This document shows, in pieces, positions 47,909-56,928 of a stretch of DNA of 64,000 bases (positions are counted from its first letter, which is position 1; every line of letters begins with the position of its first letter). This DNA is from Candidatus Lustribacter sp. Lineage in GTDB: Bacteria > Vulcanimicrobiota > Vulcanimicrobiia > Vulcanimicrobiales > Vulcanimicrobiaceae. The notes beneath the pieces were generated by a model. The model searched no databases, was not told the DNA's origin, and worked only from the letters and a program-made list of their open reading frames with translations. The stretch covers positions 5,152,001 through 5,216,000 of the forward strand of contig OZ255842.1 of NCBI GenBank assembly GCA_965277805.1. Reading direction: 5' to 3'. Both the position numbers and the translations under genes were made by a program.

Positions 47909-48249
47909 GCAAACGCCCCGCGATGCAGATGGGCGCCCGCGGCGTCGATCGTCACCACGTCGAAGCGCGCGTTCGCGCCGGGCGCCGCAATCTGCAGCCA
48001 GTCGGCCGCGATCGCGCGCAGCGTGCGCTTCTTGCGGGCGTCGACCGCGCCGATTGCCGAGCCGAAGCGCTGTGAAGCGCGGGCTTTGACCTCGACGAAA
48101 ACGATGGTGTCGCGATCGCGCGCGATGACGTCGATCTCGCCGCCGGGCAAACGCACGTTACGAGCGATCACCGCATACCCGGATTCTTCGAGGAGTCGAA
48201 CCGCAGCGTCTTCACCTTCACGACCGAACCGTGTTCGTCGGTTCATCAC
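47905..48249 (-). CDS. yraN: YraN family protein (UPF0102)
   Basis: GREGEDAA, GEIDVIA, FVEVKAR, RFDVV. Confidence 0.92.
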   Translation of the reverse strand: MMNRRTRFGREGEDAAVRLLEESGYAVIARNVRLPGGEIDVIARDRDTIVFVEVKARASQRFGSAIGAVDARKKRTLRAIAADWLQIAAPGANARFDVVTIDAAGAHLHRGAFA

Positions 48250-48926
48250 GACAAGCCCGGCAAGAGTTGAATGGCTTCACGGACTCGCCAAAACCCCCGC
48301 CGGTGGGCGGCGCATGGTCCGTGGGCCGTCAAGGCTTCGATGTGCCGTTGGGTCGCGTATCCCTTGTGTTCGGCGAAACCGTACTGCGGGTACAGCCCGT
48401 CGAGCTCGACCAAGAGGCCGTCGCGGTGGACTTTGGCCACGATCGAGGCAGCCGCAACACTGGCGCACTTGGCGTCGCCCTTGATGACCGGCTCCTGCGG
48501 TCCCGCGAACGACTTGATCCGGACGGCGTCGGTCAGCAGGTAGTCGATCGTACAGCCCGCGGCGGCGATAGCGCGCTCCATGGCGAGGACCGAGGCCCAG
48601 TAGATGTTCAGCCGGTCGATTTCGGCTACGCTCGCCTCGCCGACCGCCCAAGCGACGCAGTGCGCTTTGATCGTCTCGGCCAGTTCCGAGCGCAGCTCGG
48701 GCCGGACTTGCTTCGAGTCGTTGAGGCCTTTGAGATAGAGCGGGCCGTCGAGGACGACCACCGCCGCTACAACGGGCCCCGCGAGCGGCCCGCGTCCGAC
48801 TTCGTCGGTGCCCCCGATGAAGCGGTGTCCGTTCGCCCGGGCGGCATCTTCGTAGCGATGGAGGCGCACCAGGCGGCGCTGCTCGCGCTCGCGAGCGTTG
48901 CGGCGTTTCTTGGCCGGATCGGTCAC
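48246..48926 (-). CDS. rnhB: Ribonuclease HII
   Basis: GTDEVGRGPLAGPV, LNDSK, KGDAK.ASVAAASIVAKV.RD, HKGY.T. Confidence 0.95.
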   Translation of the reverse strand: MTDPAKKRRNAREREQRRLVRLHRYEDAARANGHRFIGGTDEVGRGPLAGPVVAAVVVLDGPLYLKGLNDSKQVRPELRSELAETIKAHCVAWAVGEASVAEIDRLNIYWASVLAMERAIAAAGCTIDYLLTDAVRIKSFAGPQEPVIKGDAKCASVAAASIVAKVHRDGLLVELDGLYPQYGFAEHKGYATQRHIEALTAHGPCAAHRRGFWRVREAIQLLPGLS

Positions 48927-49726
48927 GCCGCGGCCTCCGGCGGATCTTCGAACGTGATGCGCCCGAGCTTGCCTTCGCCGAACGCGCGCATATAGGCGCC
49001 GGCGGCATTGTGCGCGTCGATCTCGTCGCCGCGGCGGATGAATCCCCGGGCGCGGGCGAAGCGCTCGAGGTCGGGAACGTCGAGCTTCGGGACGTGCACC
49101 GCAGCCCACGCATGAAAGCGCGCGATCACGTCTTCGGGATCGTAGCGTTCGCGCGGCAACGCCCCGGTCAGCGCCAGCATCCACTGCGCGTCGGCGGTCG
49201 GAATCTTCGGGACGAGGATGCCGGGCGTATCCATCACTTCGAGCTGGGCATTGGCGCGAATCCAGCGCAACTGGCGGGTCACGCCGGCTTTGTTCTCCGT
49301 TTTGGCCGCCGTTCGTTTCGCCAAGCCGTTGATCAGCGACGATTTTCCGGTATTCGGAATTCCGATCACGATCGCGCGCGAAGGTCCGCGGCCGGCGACG
49401 AAGCGATCGAGTTCGGCGCGCGCGCGATTGACGCTCGGCTGAATGCGGCCGTCGACCGCGATGGCGGGACGGTTATGCGCGGCATACCACGCCAGCCATC
49501 TGCGCGTTGCGAACGGATCGGCGAGGTCATCGCGGCCCAGGATCACGAGTCGCGGGCGCGTCCCGACGATCCGGTCGAGTTCGGGGTTGGAGCTCATCAA
49601 CGGCAAGCGCGCGTCCAGCACCTCGATCACCACATCGACCAGCGCGAGCCGTTCTTCGAGCAAGCGCATCGCCCGCACCATGTGGCCGGGAAACCATTGG
49701 ATCTGCTGCTCCGTCGGCTCCGTCAT
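48923..49726 (-). CDS. rbgA: Ribosome biogenesis GTPase RbgA/YlqF
   Basis: IQWFPGHM, DARLP, GIPNTGKSSLIN, AGVTR, DTPG. Confidence 0.93.
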   Translation of the reverse strand: MTEPTEQQIQWFPGHMVRAMRLLEERLALVDVVIEVLDARLPLMSSNPELDRIVGTRPRLVILGRDDLADPFATRRWLAWYAAHNRPAIAVDGRIQPSVNRARAELDRFVAGRGPSRAIVIGIPNTGKSSLINGLAKRTAAKTENKAGVTRQLRWIRANAQLEVMDTPGILVPKIPTADAQWMLALTGALPRERYDPEDVIARFHAWAAVHVPKLDVPDLERFARARGFIRRGDEIDAHNAAGAYMRAFGEGKLGRITFEDPPEAAA

Positions 49727-50223
49727 GAGTGCAGACGCTCCGGCGGCCACAACCCGATCAGGGCCTTGCCGATGACGGCGTTTTCGTCGACCGGGCCCCA
49801 GGTGCGCGAGTCTTCGCTCTCGGCGCGGTTGTCGCCCAACACGTAGATCCCGTGGGCCGGGACGGTGATATCCGCGACGTTTTGCCGGTCGCGAAACGAG
49901 ACGTACGGCTCGGCGACCGCGGTGCCGTTGACGTAAAGCGTGCCGCCGTCGATGCGCACGTGGTCCCCGGGCAGCGCGACGACGCGCTTGAGAAACGTCT
50001 GCGCCGTCGCTTCGTCGTGATGGAGCGCGACGATATCGCCGCGTTTAATCGGGCCCATGCGATATGCGAGCGTGTTGATCAAGACGAGTTCGCCCGGCTG
50101 CACGTGCGGCAGCATCGAGGGTCCCGTCACTTGCGGAATCCGCAGGAAGAACGCCATCCCGATCGCGAGCAACACAACGACCTGCACGCTGACCCGGAAG
50201 ACATGACGCGGGTGCGAGAGCAC
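49723..50223 (-). CDS. lepB: Signal peptidase I (second copy)
   Basis: GPSMLP, FLKRVVALPGD, GDNRAESEDSR. Confidence 0.9.
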   Translation of the reverse strand: MLSHPRHVFRVSVQVVVLLAIGMAFFLRIPQVTGPSMLPHVQPGELVLINTLAYRMGPIKRGDIVALHHDEATAQTFLKRVVALPGDHVRIDGGTLYVNGTAVAEPYVSFRDRQNVADITVPAHGIYVLGDNRAESEDSRTWGPVDENAVIGKALIGLWPPERLHS

Positions 50224-50257
50224 GTTGCGCCCTTCGCGCTTTAGCCGCGCAAATCCA

Positions 50258-50995
50258 CTAACGGAGGATGTGAAGGCGGTCGAGCGGCCAGAAGATCAGA
50301 AACGCATGGCCGGTGAACGAGGCTTTTTGCCCCTTGAGCGGACCGGCCAGAAATGTACCGTCGGCTTGCGCGAAGCCCCAGATGTGCGAGTCCTCGGAAT
50401 TGTTCCGGTTGTCGCCCATCATGAAATAGCAGCCGTCGGGAATGCGATCCGGCGCCGTCCACTTATCCTTCGGCGGGATGTTCGCCATCGTCGGATCGAG
50501 CGGCGTGCCGTCGACGTAGATGTTGTAATTGCGAATCTGCAATTCGTAGTTCGGCTTCTGCGCCTCGTAGGGTTCCACCAGTGCCTCGCCGTTGCGATAG
50601 ACGATCCCGTTGTGGATACGCAGCGTATCGCCGGGCGCGCCGATGAGCCGCTTGATGAAATCGTTGGGCGATTCGATCGGCGGCGGGAAAACGACGATGT
50701 CTTCACGCGACGGCTTACTGAAGCGGTATTCGAACTCATTGACCAGCAGCACGTCGTGGATCTGCAAGGTCGGGATCATCGAGCCGGACGGAATGAAGAA
50801 CGTCCGGATGACGAACGTGATCAGGAAGAGCGCAACGAGGCCCGCGACGATGAATGCATCGAGATATTCGCGGATGACCGTACGAGCCGACGGGCCCGTG
50901 TCGGGACCGGCAGCGACCGGCGCCGGTTTGATACTGATCGCCACCCGGACGATGGCGAAGATACAGATCAGAGCGAGAAGTTCGAGAGGGGTCAC
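50258..50995 (-). CDS. lepB: Signal peptidase I
   Basis: IPSGSMIPTL, FIKRLIGAPGD, MGDNRNNSEDS. Confidence 0.93.
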   Translation of the reverse strand: MTPLELLALICIFAIVRVAISIKPAPVAAGPDTGPSARTVIREYLDAFIVAGLVALFLITFVIRTFFIPSGSMIPTLQIHDVLLVNEFEYRFSKPSREDIVVFPPPIESPNDFIKRLIGAPGDTLRIHNGIVYRNGEALVEPYEAQKPNYELQIRNYNIYVDGTPLDPTMANIPPKDKWTAPDRIPDGCYFMMGDNRNNSEDSHIWGFAQADGTFLAGPLKGQKASFTGHAFLIFWPLDRLHILR

Positions 50996-51002
50996 CGCTC
51001 GG

Positions 51003-51353
51003 CTACTTCGCGACCTTCTTTTCCTTGATGCGAGCGGCCTTACCGATCTTATCGCTCAAGTAGTAGAGGCGGCTGCGGCGCACGATGCCGCGCTTCGAAA
51101 TCTCGATGCGATCGACGCGGGGGCTGTGCAGCAAGAACGATTTCTCGACGCCGACGCCGTGCGCGACGCGGCGCACGGTGATCGATTCAGCCGAACCGCC
51201 GCCCTTGCGAACGGTCACGGTACCCTCGAACATCTGAATGCGTTCTTTGCCGCCTTCGACGACCTTCGAGTAAACTTTCACCGTATCGCCCGGCCGGAAA
51301 TCGGGGACGCTCGGCTTTTCCTGTTCCTTTTGGATCAGGTCGATGACGTTCAT
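51003..51353 (-). CDS. rplS: 50S ribosomal protein L19
   Basis: PDFRPGDTVKV, ERIQMFEG, GVGVEK.F, VRRSRLYYL. Confidence 0.97.
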   Translation of the reverse strand: MNVIDLIQKEQEKPSVPDFRPGDTVKVYSKVVEGGKERIQMFEGTVTVRKGGGSAESITVRRVAHGVGVEKSFLLHSPRVDRIEISKRGIVRRSRLYYLSDKIGKAARIKEKKVAK

Positions 51354-51409
51354 GACTGCTCTCTACTCACGCGCGGGAGCGGCCACAGAGGGGCCGCGAC
51401 AACCCGCCG

Positions 51410-51418
51410 AGTGTATCA
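51410..51418 (-). promoter_or_regulatory. Extended -10 promoter of the rplS operon
   Basis: TGATACACT on the minus strand about 56 nt upstream of the rplS ATG; the leader has a GCGGCC/GGCCGC hairpin (51379-51397). Confidence 0.55.
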
Positions 51419-51506
51419 CGAAAGCGGTAGCCGTTCAAGCGCGGTGCGGTTCCGTACGCTCGGTCAGCTCGGTAAGCAAACCAGCGACTTACCAGGCGCT
51501 AGGCGG

Positions 51507-51512
51507 TATAAT
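51507..51512 (+). promoter_or_regulatory. Consensus -10 box, leaderless configuration
   Basis: TATAAT + 6 nt + ATG 51519. Confidence 0.65.
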
Positions 51513-51518
51513 CGGCGT

Positions 51519-52338
51519 ATGAGCGCCGCGGGGGACGACGTCTTAATTCAGGTCCATATTCCGAAATGTGCGGGCACGTCCGTGGCCCTGCTGGATGAGG
51601 CGTGCGGCCGTCAGCGGGGCGCTCGCCGGCTTCGGGTCGCTGTACGGCGACGAAGGCATTTTTGACGAGGAACGGCTTTGGCGAGCCTGCTTGAGTGATC
51701 CACGAACACGAGCTGCAAGTTCCCATTCCATCCGCCGCTTCCCGCGGGCCATTCGCGGCCGGCGCCTCCACTATTTCACGATCTTGCGCCATCCGCTGGC
51801 CAACTTTCTCTCGGGCGCGCGCTACATGCAGCAGAACCGGCCGAAATTCGGCGTCCCCGACTCGGTGGGTAACTCCACCCGCGCGATGGCGAAATGGATC
51901 CTCTCGCGTCCGCTGGGCGAGCCGTTCCGCGAGAATAACCAAACCAACCACCTGGCCCTCTTTCCGTGGTGTGCCGAAACGAACGGGCGCTTGCGGGGGG
52001 AGGAGTACGGCTTCTGGCACGCCTCCGATCAAGCGGCATATCAGCGCGACCGGGTTGCGCTCGCGAAGCGTGCGCTCGATTCGTTCATCGTCGTCGGTTG
52101 CGTCGAGCGATTGCCGCACTCACTCGATCTCCTCCGCAGACGGAGCGCGGCGTTTGGGATCGATCTGCCGCCGGTTGAAGACATCAAGCGCGACAACGTC
52201 ACGACGGTGCCGTTGGATGATGTTTCCTGGCTTCACGAAGACCTCGGCGTTCGCGTGATGGAGTCGTTCGCCGCCGACCTCGAGGTGTACGCGTACGGAG
52301 TAAAACTGCAGGAGGCAGCGAATCCGAGCTTCCGGTGA
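51519..52338 (+). pseudogene. Sulfotransferase family 2-like gene with a 1-nt frameshift near 51587
   Basis: MSAAGDDVLIQVHIPKCAGTSVA lies in one frame and CWMRR...FTILRHP... in another; collinear with paralog 52335..53159 if one C of GGCCCTG is removed. Confidence 0.8.
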
Positions 52339-53159
52339 GCCCGCCCGGGGACGACGTCCTCATACAAATCCATATTCCGAAGTGCGCCGGTACGGCAGTC
52401 GCCTTCTGGATGATGAACGCAACCGCCGGCAACGGCGCGGCGGGGTTCGGATCGCTGTACGGCAGCCACTCAGCCTTCGACGACGAAGCGCTGTGGGAGG
52501 CGTGCCTGAACGACCCGTCGATCCGGACGGCGAGCTCGCACGACGTGCGTCGCTTCCCGGCCGGCATCCACGGCCGGCGCATTCGCTACTTCACGATTTT
52601 GCGCCATCCATTGGCAAATTTTCTGTCCGCGGCTCGCTATATGCAGTCGGACCGGCCGCAGTTCCGCGTTCCCGATAGCGTCGGCAGCGGCACGCGCGAG
52701 ATCGCACAGTGGATGCTTTCGCGGCCGATCGGAGCGCCGTTCCGCGAGAACAACCAGACCAACCACCTGGCCCTCTATCCGTGGTGCGATGCAACGGGCG
52801 GACGCTGCCGTCCCGAAGAGTACGGCTCGTGGGATGCGGCCGATCAAGCGGCTTACGAACGCGAGCGGGTGGCGCTTGCGAAGCGCGCACTCGATTCATT
52901 TCTCGTGACCGGCACCGTCGAGCGTTTACCCGAGTCGCTCGGCTTGGTTCGCACTCGTAGCGCCGCGTTCGGCCTCCAATTTCCGCCGGTCGAAGAACTC
53001 GGCCGCAACAATACGACGCCGGTACCGATGGACGACGTTTCCTGGATTCAAACCGATGAGGTCGGCCGCCGTCTCCTCGATGCCGTCGCCGCGGACTGGG
53101 AAGTGTACGAACACGGAAGCAAATTACTCGACGCCGCATTGAAAACCGATGGCGTCTGA
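52335..53159 (+). CDS. Sulfotransferase family 2-like protein
   Basis: HIPKCAGT (5'-PSB loop) and FTILRHP...S (3'-PB) PAPS-binding motifs. Confidence 0.78.
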   Translation: MSPPGDDVLIQIHIPKCAGTAVAFWMMNATAGNGAAGFGSLYGSHSAFDDEALWEACLNDPSIRTASSHDVRRFPAGIHGRRIRYFTILRHPLANFLSAARYMQSDRPQFRVPDSVGSGTREIAQWMLSRPIGAPFRENNQTNHLALYPWCDATGGRCRPEEYGSWDAADQAAYERERVALAKRALDSFLVTGTVERLPESLGLVRTRSAAFGLQFPPVEELGRNNTTPVPMDDVSWIQTDEVGRRLLDAVAADWEVYEHGSKLLDAALKTDGV

Positions 53160-53952
53160 CGATCTCCTCGTTTTCGTCCACATTCCGAAGTCCGCCGGAA
53201 CCGCGCTAAACACGTGGCTTGCGCTCTCGCACCATTACGGCAACCTCTACGTGAAAGCCGTGAATTCACCGGTCAACGCACTGCGCTGGACCGATGTCAA
53301 CCCGGTCGACCTGGCCGATCCGAAATTGCGATCGGTGGCCTCACATCACTTGCGCACGTACCCGCCGATCGTCCACGGACGACGCATGCGTTACATCACG
53401 ATTCTGCGCGACCCGATCGCGTGGTGGATTTCGCACGTCCGTTTTTTTCAAAAGCTCGAGGCGAACGAATCGCGGCCGCAGCGTACGCTGCGCGAATATG
53501 CCGAATGGATTCTCGATCAGCCGGAGCTGACGATGCTCGAGCAACTCAACGGCCAGACGAATTTCCTCGCCGAGCACGAGTGGTTCCGGTTGAATCGCCG
53601 CGACGACACCGGCATCGATTGGCAGGCCGAGGGCGATCTCTTCACGCGGTATCGCAGCGAGCGCTTCGAATTCGCGAAAGCGATCCTGCAAAATTTCGAT
53701 GCGGTCGGAACGGTCGAACGGCTGGATGACTTCACCCAAATCTTGCAGGCGAAAGCGCCGGCGTGGGACGTTCCGCTGATCCGCATCGATGGGCTCAACC
53801 CCACGCACGTGACGCAAGCGCCGCCGGTGGATGCGTCCTGGATCCACGCCGGCGATCCGGTGGGAAAGCGTTTGCTGGATGCGTTCGCCGAGGATTTCGA
53901 ACTGCACCGGCTGGCCGGCGAGCGGCTCGCCGCCGACTTCACGCAGCGCTAG
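53149..53952 (+). CDS. Sulfotransferase family 2-like protein
   Basis: FVHIPKSAGT, YITILRDP...S, NGQT, FDAVGTVER, D.ELH. Confidence 0.78.
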   Translation: MASDDLLVFVHIPKSAGTALNTWLALSHHYGNLYVKAVNSPVNALRWTDVNPVDLADPKLRSVASHHLRTYPPIVHGRRMRYITILRDPIAWWISHVRFFQKLEANESRPQRTLREYAEWILDQPELTMLEQLNGQTNFLAEHEWFRLNRRDDTGIDWQAEGDLFTRYRSERFEFAKAILQNFDAVGTVERLDDFTQILQAKAPAWDVPLIRIDGLNPTHVTQAPPVDASWIHAGDPVGKRLLDAFAEDFELHRLAGERLAADFTQR

Positions 53953-54671
53953 CGCGCCGGCGGGATCGTCACGGGCTGGAGCGGATCGCCGTCCGGCGCA
54001 CCGGTGGTGTCGAAGCGCTGATCGACCGGAATCGCTGCACCGAGTTTGCCGTCGCTCAAGGCGATAGCGGCCGGATTCGCGCACGGCCGCGTGACGACGT
54101 CGACGCCGGCGTTCGCGGGTGTGGTGCCGATGATGATCGCTTGCTGGCCCGTTGCGAGCGCGTAGCTGTGCGCTCCGACCGTTACGGTGACGTCGCCGGC
54201 GCTGCAGTCGACGCAGTAGAAATCCGTTCCGCTAGGTCCGGTGACGACGTAGCCTTCGGTGCCGCGCACGCCGATCTGCGACGTCGGCGTGACGAAGCGA
54301 TAGTTCGCGCGTCCGCCGGCCGGATGACGGATGTTGAAGTGGAGCACGCCCAACTCGAGCACCACGACGTTCGGATTGCTGGTGTCGGCGGCATTGAATG
54401 CGCCGAGGCGCACGCGCGTTTTCGCGCCGACGTCGATCGTGCTCGAGTCGGGTAGCACCACTTGCGCGCGCGATTGCGCGAGCGTGACCGCCAGCGCTTC
54501 ATCGCCGAGGTCGATCTTGCCGAGCACCGCGTGGTAGGCCGGGTCGGAGCCGCTCTGGTACTGCACGGTGCCGTTGACCCGCGCGAGTTGTTTGTCGGCG
54601 GCCGCGCGCAACGGCGTACACACGGCGAGTGCGATGAGCGCGATCGCGACGCACGCGGCGAACGCGCGCAT
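53949..54671 (-). CDS. Secreted FecR-domain protein
   Basis: Signal peptide; SRAQVVLPDSSTIDVGAKT, FVTPTSQIGVRGT. Confidence 0.8.
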   Translation of the reverse strand: MRAFAACVAIALIALAVCTPLRAAADKQLARVNGTVQYQSGSDPAYHAVLGKIDLGDEALAVTLAQSRAQVVLPDSSTIDVGAKTRVRLGAFNAADTSNPNVVVLELGVLHFNIRHPAGGRANYRFVTPTSQIGVRGTEGYVVTGPSGTDFYCVDCSAGDVTVTVGAHSYALATGQQAIIIGTTPANAGVDVVTRPCANPAAIALSDGKLGAAIPVDQRFDTTGAPDGDPLQPVTIPPAR

Positions 54672-54672
54672 G

Positions 54673-55347
54673 TCAGCCGCGCCGCGCGGCCGCGCGATCG
54701 CGCGAACGCTGCCGTCGCCACTCGGCGATCTTCGCGTGATCGCCGGAGAGCAGCACGTCGGGAACGGCGACGCCGCGAAATACCGGCGGCCGGGTGAACG
54801 CCGGATGGTCGATCGTGTCGGCGCCGCCGGCGAACGATTCGGCGTCGCGCGATTCGGCCGCGATCACGCCGTCGACCAAACGAACCGTCGCGTCGAGAAA
54901 CGCCATCGCCGCGATTTCGCCGCCGGTCAGCACGTAGGGTCCGAGCGAGAACTCTTCGACCGGATAGAGCGCGGCGAGCCGTTCATCGACGCCCTCGTAG
55001 TGGCCGCAGATCAGGATCAAGCGGTCGAGGCCGGCGAACGCCTCGGCATCCGGCTGCCCGAAAGCGCGGCCGGAGGCGGCTGTCAGCACGATGCGTCGCC
55101 GCTCACCTGCGGGGGCGCCGGCGAGAATGCCGTCGAGCGTGCGAGCCAACGGCTCGATCCGCAGCACCATGCCCGGGCCGCCGCCGTAGGGGCGCTCGTC
55201 GGCGCGCGCGCCGGGCTCGAGGCCGTCGAGCAAATCGTGGACGCGCACGCCGATCAGCCCGCGTTCGATGGCGCGGCCCACGATCGAGAGGCCGATGACC
55301 GGGGCGAACATCTCCGGGAAGAGCGAGATGACGTCGACGTGCAACAT
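54673..55347 (-). CDS. trmD: tRNA (guanine37-N1)-methyltransferase
   Basis: SLFPEMF, DERPYGGGPGMVL, CGHYEGVDER, SLGPYVLTGGE, VPDVLLSGDHAKI..WR. Confidence 0.96.
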   Translation of the reverse strand: MLHVDVISLFPEMFAPVIGLSIVGRAIERGLIGVRVHDLLDGLEPGARADERPYGGGPGMVLRIEPLARTLDGILAGAPAGERRRIVLTAASGRAFGQPDAEAFAGLDRLILICGHYEGVDERLAALYPVEEFSLGPYVLTGGEIAAMAFLDATVRLVDGVIAAESRDAESFAGGADTIDHPAFTRPPVFRGVAVPDVLLSGDHAKIAEWRRQRSRDRAAARRG

Positions 55348-55354
55348 GGGCGCA

Positions 55355-55831
55355 GTGGGTTTCTTCGCGCGGCTCTTTGGAATGGCCCCGGTGGCGCCGG
55401 CGGGCCCGCTCGAGCGCGGCGCTCGCGCCTTGCGGCGCGGCAACCTCGACGAGGCCGACAGCGCGTTTGCCGAGGCGCTCGCAACGGCGGCCGACGATCG
55501 CGGCCGGGCCTTGGCGCACAACAAACGTGCGCTGGTGGCGCTCGCCCGGGGCGATCGCACCGCCGCGCAGGCGGCCGTGGACGAGGCGCTGCGCACGTAC
55601 GCCGCCTGCGTTCCGGCGATGGTGAACGCCGGCAACCTGCTGCTCGAAGCCGGCGACGTTCCCGGGGCCATCGCGCGCTTCGAGGCTGCGATCGCGCTCG
55701 ACCCCGACTACCCGGAGGCCCACCACAACCTCGGCGTCGCCTACCGGCGGGCGGGCCGGCGCAGTGATGCGGTGCGCGAATTGCGCCGGGCGACGGGGTT
55801 GGAGCGGCGCCGCAAGAATGACCGACCCTGA
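55355..55831 (+). CDS. Tetratricopeptide repeat protein
   Basis: MGFFARLFG start; TPR motifs ALAHNKRA, NAGNLL, EAHHNLGVAY. Confidence 0.82.
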   Translation: MGFFARLFGMAPVAPAGPLERGARALRRGNLDEADSAFAEALATAADDRGRALAHNKRALVALARGDRTAAQAAVDEALRTYAACVPAMVNAGNLLLEAGDVPGAIARFEAAIALDPDYPEAHHNLGVAYRRAGRRSDAVRELRRATGLERRRKNDRP

Positions 55832-56325
55832 TGGATCAGGATCAGGTTCTCCTATCGGACGAACTGCTCGCGGTATGCCGGGCGGCGGTGACCTACGCCG
55901 TCGAGTATGGCGCCACGTTCGTCGCCCCGCCGCACGTGCTGCTGGCGCTGCTCGACGATCCGAAGATCGGCGATGCGCTCAACGAAGTGCTGGAACGCGG
56001 CCGCATCGTAGCCGCGGCACGCCAGCCGTCGCCCGGCGGCGTGCACGAGGTCGGTGAAGGCGTCATGCCGCGCGGCGAAAAGCCGCCGTTCCTCCGATAC
56101 GATTCGCTCGTCTTTCATTCGAGCGACGGCCAGTATCAGCGCTGGCTCAACCGCGATTCGTTCAAGCTGTTCAACGAGTCGGCCAAACGCGCGAACGGCG
56201 GACGGTTCTTACCGCGTCATCTCGCGCTCGGCATCACCGTGGTAGCACAAGACGATCAGAACGTGCGCTCGCTCCTGGGCAAAGAACCCGAAACCTTCAA
56301 AGAAATCGTCTACGCGCTCAAGTGA
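55831..56325 (+). CDS. Stand-alone Clp repeat (Clp_N)-like protein
   Basis: Two repeats ending PPHVLLALL and PRHLALGI, similar to the ClpA/C N-domain 'EHLLLAL'. Confidence 0.6.
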   Translation: MDQDQVLLSDELLAVCRAAVTYAVEYGATFVAPPHVLLALLDDPKIGDALNEVLERGRIVAAARQPSPGGVHEVGEGVMPRGEKPPFLRYDSLVFHSSDGQYQRWLNRDSFKLFNESAKRANGGRFLPRHLALGITVVAQDDQNVRSLLGKEPETFKEIVYALK

Positions 56326-56331
56326 CAGGAT

Positions 56332-56838
56332 TCAGCTACGCTGAATCCGTGGCGTTTGGCCCTTCGGGCCAAGCCGCGGCATCGTCTCAATAGTGCGGAT
56401 TTCTTCTAGGTATTCGAAGAGTTGGGGGAGGGTAATTTTTTCTAGTTCGCAGCGGGCCAGAGCGGCGTCGCCGTCTTCGCCTTCGTCGCGCAGGTAGCAG
56501 CGCGACTCGACGCCCGCGCTCTCGCTGAGGAACGACACCGCGAACCCCTTGCCGAGGGTGTCGTCGTAGATGCGCATCGCGGCGGGATTGAGGATCTCGA
56601 TCGAGTGCGCGCTATTGTTGGCGTCGAAGATCGTTATCGTGAGGTAGTCGCGGTTCGCGATCTCGATCGAGCCGACGACGAACGCGTTCTTGGCGGAAAA
56701 GAATTCATGACCGCGTTTGTTTCGTGAGCTCACCTCGTAGAACACGCGATGGGCGACGAAGCGGTTGAGAATCTTGCGGAGCGTGGCAATCGACGCAAGG
56801 GTTTCCGTGCGGTTGCCGCGGGTGTATATGATCTTCAA
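56332..56838 (-). CDS. Hypothetical protein
   Basis: Codon-biased ORF from TTG 56838; no recognised family. Confidence 0.7.
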   Translation of the reverse strand: MKIIYTRGNRTETLASIATLRKILNRFVAHRVFYEVSSRNKRGHEFFSAKNAFVVGSIEIANRDYLTITIFDANNSAHSIEILNPAAMRIYDDTLGKGFAVSFLSESAGVESRCYLRDEGEDGDAALARCELEKITLPQLFEYLEEIRTIETMPRLGPKGQTPRIQRS

Positions 56839-56928
56839 GAAAGGGGCGCCGCCGGCTCTCAAAAATTTTGCCCGCCGCCAACAGCGGGGCATGTGCCGTT
56901 ACCCGGCGCCGGGAAGAAACCCTACCGG

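Noticed and set aside
49723..50995. Tandem lepB copies as a novelty
   Set aside because: Multiple signal peptidase I genes after rplS are common in Terrabacteria, and both keep the Ser/Lys dyad.
51354..51405. L19 leader RNA
   Set aside because: A hairpin is present, but I cannot match it to the known L19 leader model by eye.
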